Assembly: GCF_036321535.1 (NCBI RefSeq)
Contig: NC_087436.1
Span: 75,208,001-75,272,000, forward strand
Origin: Camelus dromedarius
Lineage: Eukaryota
Direction of reading: 5' to 3'
Length of the DNA: 64,000 nucleotides
A program made the position numbers and the translations under genes. The notes below the pieces were generated by a model that was not told the origin of the DNA, searched no databases, and worked only from the letters and a program-made list of their open reading frames with translations. Positions 62,036 to 64,000 of this stretch are shown here, piece after piece (positions within the stretch are counted from its first letter, which is position 1; each line of letters starts with the position of its first letter).

Positions 62036-64000
62036 AGTGACTTTATAAATATTATTAATGCAAGTGTAAAATTGAGTTGAATGAAAAAATTCTAGCAACT
62101 CATTTCTTTTCAGACCTGGAGATCTGAGATAGAATTCTGAGAATTCTCTCATCTCTGGAGATAGAATTCCTTGACACCCTGCTGCCAGCTCAAATGAACA
62201 GTAAGTGAAAGAGTATGTTCACAGTTTTGGAGTCTGTAAGAAACTAGGCAAGTTTGGAGCTTTATAAGGGAAAAATTTGTGAAGTATCAATTATCAGAGA
62301 CTTTTTCCAAAATATATTTTGGCACAGTAACAAAACAGCTTGAATCCATAATTATTCACCAAAACAAGGGTTTTTAAAAATTAGACTAATGCCATGTTTG
62401 AATGATCTCATTTTAGCATGAAACTGCTTAGAAGCAACACAAATTTTGAAGGAATAAAGAATAGCATAAGGGAAGCTGCGATCTTCTCTTCATTTAGCAA
62501 ATGTACAGCTCCTTAAAAGGAAGGCTGAGCATGCAGTTTACAGGGGAGAAAAACAATGCAACCTGTCCTGCCGAAGGTAACAGAGCGTTTCTGGAGTCAT
62601 CAGACTAGCAGAAGTAATGTTTCCTCTAAAACTCTTCTTAAACATCGAGAGCCTGTTTCATAAAGAGAGACAGTAGGTTCACAGGACTCCTGTTCATCAA
62701 GGTAGATGACAATTGACAGAAGAAATTATTCAGTAAAAACAAGGAAGGGTCACACTGGAGCAGGGAAGGAGATGCTAGAAACAAGCATTTTTTAGGTTTT
62801 GCTTTATTTTTAAACTAGAAGAGTTTGATATATTCCTAAGGTCTAGCCAGGCAATAAATTAGGACCAAGGTGTCAATAGTATATTTTAGGTTATAGTGCT
62901 TATAATAGAACTAGTCTTTAAAAGACTGTAGTATCTGTTCTTCCACATTCCTCCCCTATTTCCTTCTGAAAATACTCTAGGACAAAATTTTTTAAAAGCT
63001 TATTAGACAATTTTTATGCTTTAAGCTGATTATGAATTTGGACTTTAAGGAAGGAAGTAAGCAGTAGAATGGATTTTTAAATCCTCAGAAAAATTTCTCT
63101 GGGGGAGATTTTTTTTTTGGGTAGCAGTTCAGGTGTCTGCTGGTAGGCTTATCGTAAGTGAGAACACTGAGCTTTTCTTAAAAAAAATTCCTTAACTGGA
63201 ATGAATAATTGAAAATGCTGAGCCACTAGAACTTCAAAGATTAATTTCTCATTAATGGCACAAGGTGATAGAGAGAAACAATCAGGCTAAAGAAGAATAA
63301 TCAAGCTAACCCAACAGGGGCATTTCATCTGATATTCAAAATTACTGGGCCAAAACTTTGATCTCCTTTAGTTTTGTTTGAGAGAGTTTTCAGTCATTTA
63401 AAACTGCAGAAATCTTCTGTCTTTGTATGTCTGGACTGTGTTCTGATATACGGTTTTCTTTTAATCCCTTCAGGTAATATGATACAGAGTACTATTTCAG
63501 GGGACTGTGAGCTGCAGGATAGTTATTTAATGACCAGCGTCAGATAGTCCCAGAAGGCTTTGGGTATATTTTTAATGTGCTTACTTGATAGCCACAAGTC
63601 CATTCAGTTATATTAAACTTGGTGGCAGACCATCTTACTAAAGAAAGAACAGTGATGCAACAGAAAGTCAGATGGCAAAGACAAGACACTGGTGTTCCAA
63701 GATAAACCAAGCAGATCGTGGGTTTGAGTGACAGTCAGGGATGGGGTAGATTTAACTAAAAAATTTCTTTTTAGTAGCAAGTTCTGCCAGTAACAGATCT
63801 ATGTTCCAGGTTTGTAGTTAATACAGAAGTTAGCTTACAATAATACCAGGTAGACTGCTTTCTCTCTGTTAGTGAAATGTTCACACTGTATAAGTCTAAC
63901 TTATAAAATGTCTTCATGAATGTTCATCTGAATTACTCTATGTTATATAGGAACATTAGGAACACAAGGGACTTTCTGTTTCAGAGACTGTAAACCAGAT

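Overview
Mammalian nuclear DNA, AT-rich and dense in repeats. It is most likely camelid (alpaca/camel lineage), judged from a vic-1-like tRNA-derived SINE and young L1 3'-tail insertions. The only protein-coding sequence I can support is the last two exons of MRPL1 (mitochondrial ribosomal protein uL1m) on the + strand at 21151-21232 and 22761-22870, with a poly(A) signal at 23039-23044. Bases 1-21150 are the long preceding intron. Bases ~23070-64000 are intergenic; from recalled human synteny this is the interval toward FRAS1, and I see no FRAS1 exon here. The rest is L1, L2, MIR, hAT/MER DNA transposons, MaLR/ERV LTRs and microsatellites. Repeat family names and boundaries are assigned by eye and are approximate. 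The short ORFs in the supplied track look spurious or repeat-derived. I found no evidence of a new multi-gene biological system. The best leads are an apparent lineage-specific earlier stop codon in MRPL1, a poly(A)-tailed retrocopy of an unidentified mRNA 3' end, a solo ERV1 LTR nested in MER5A, young L1 insertions with intact target-site duplications (TSDs), a template-switch palindrome and a candidate CTCF site.
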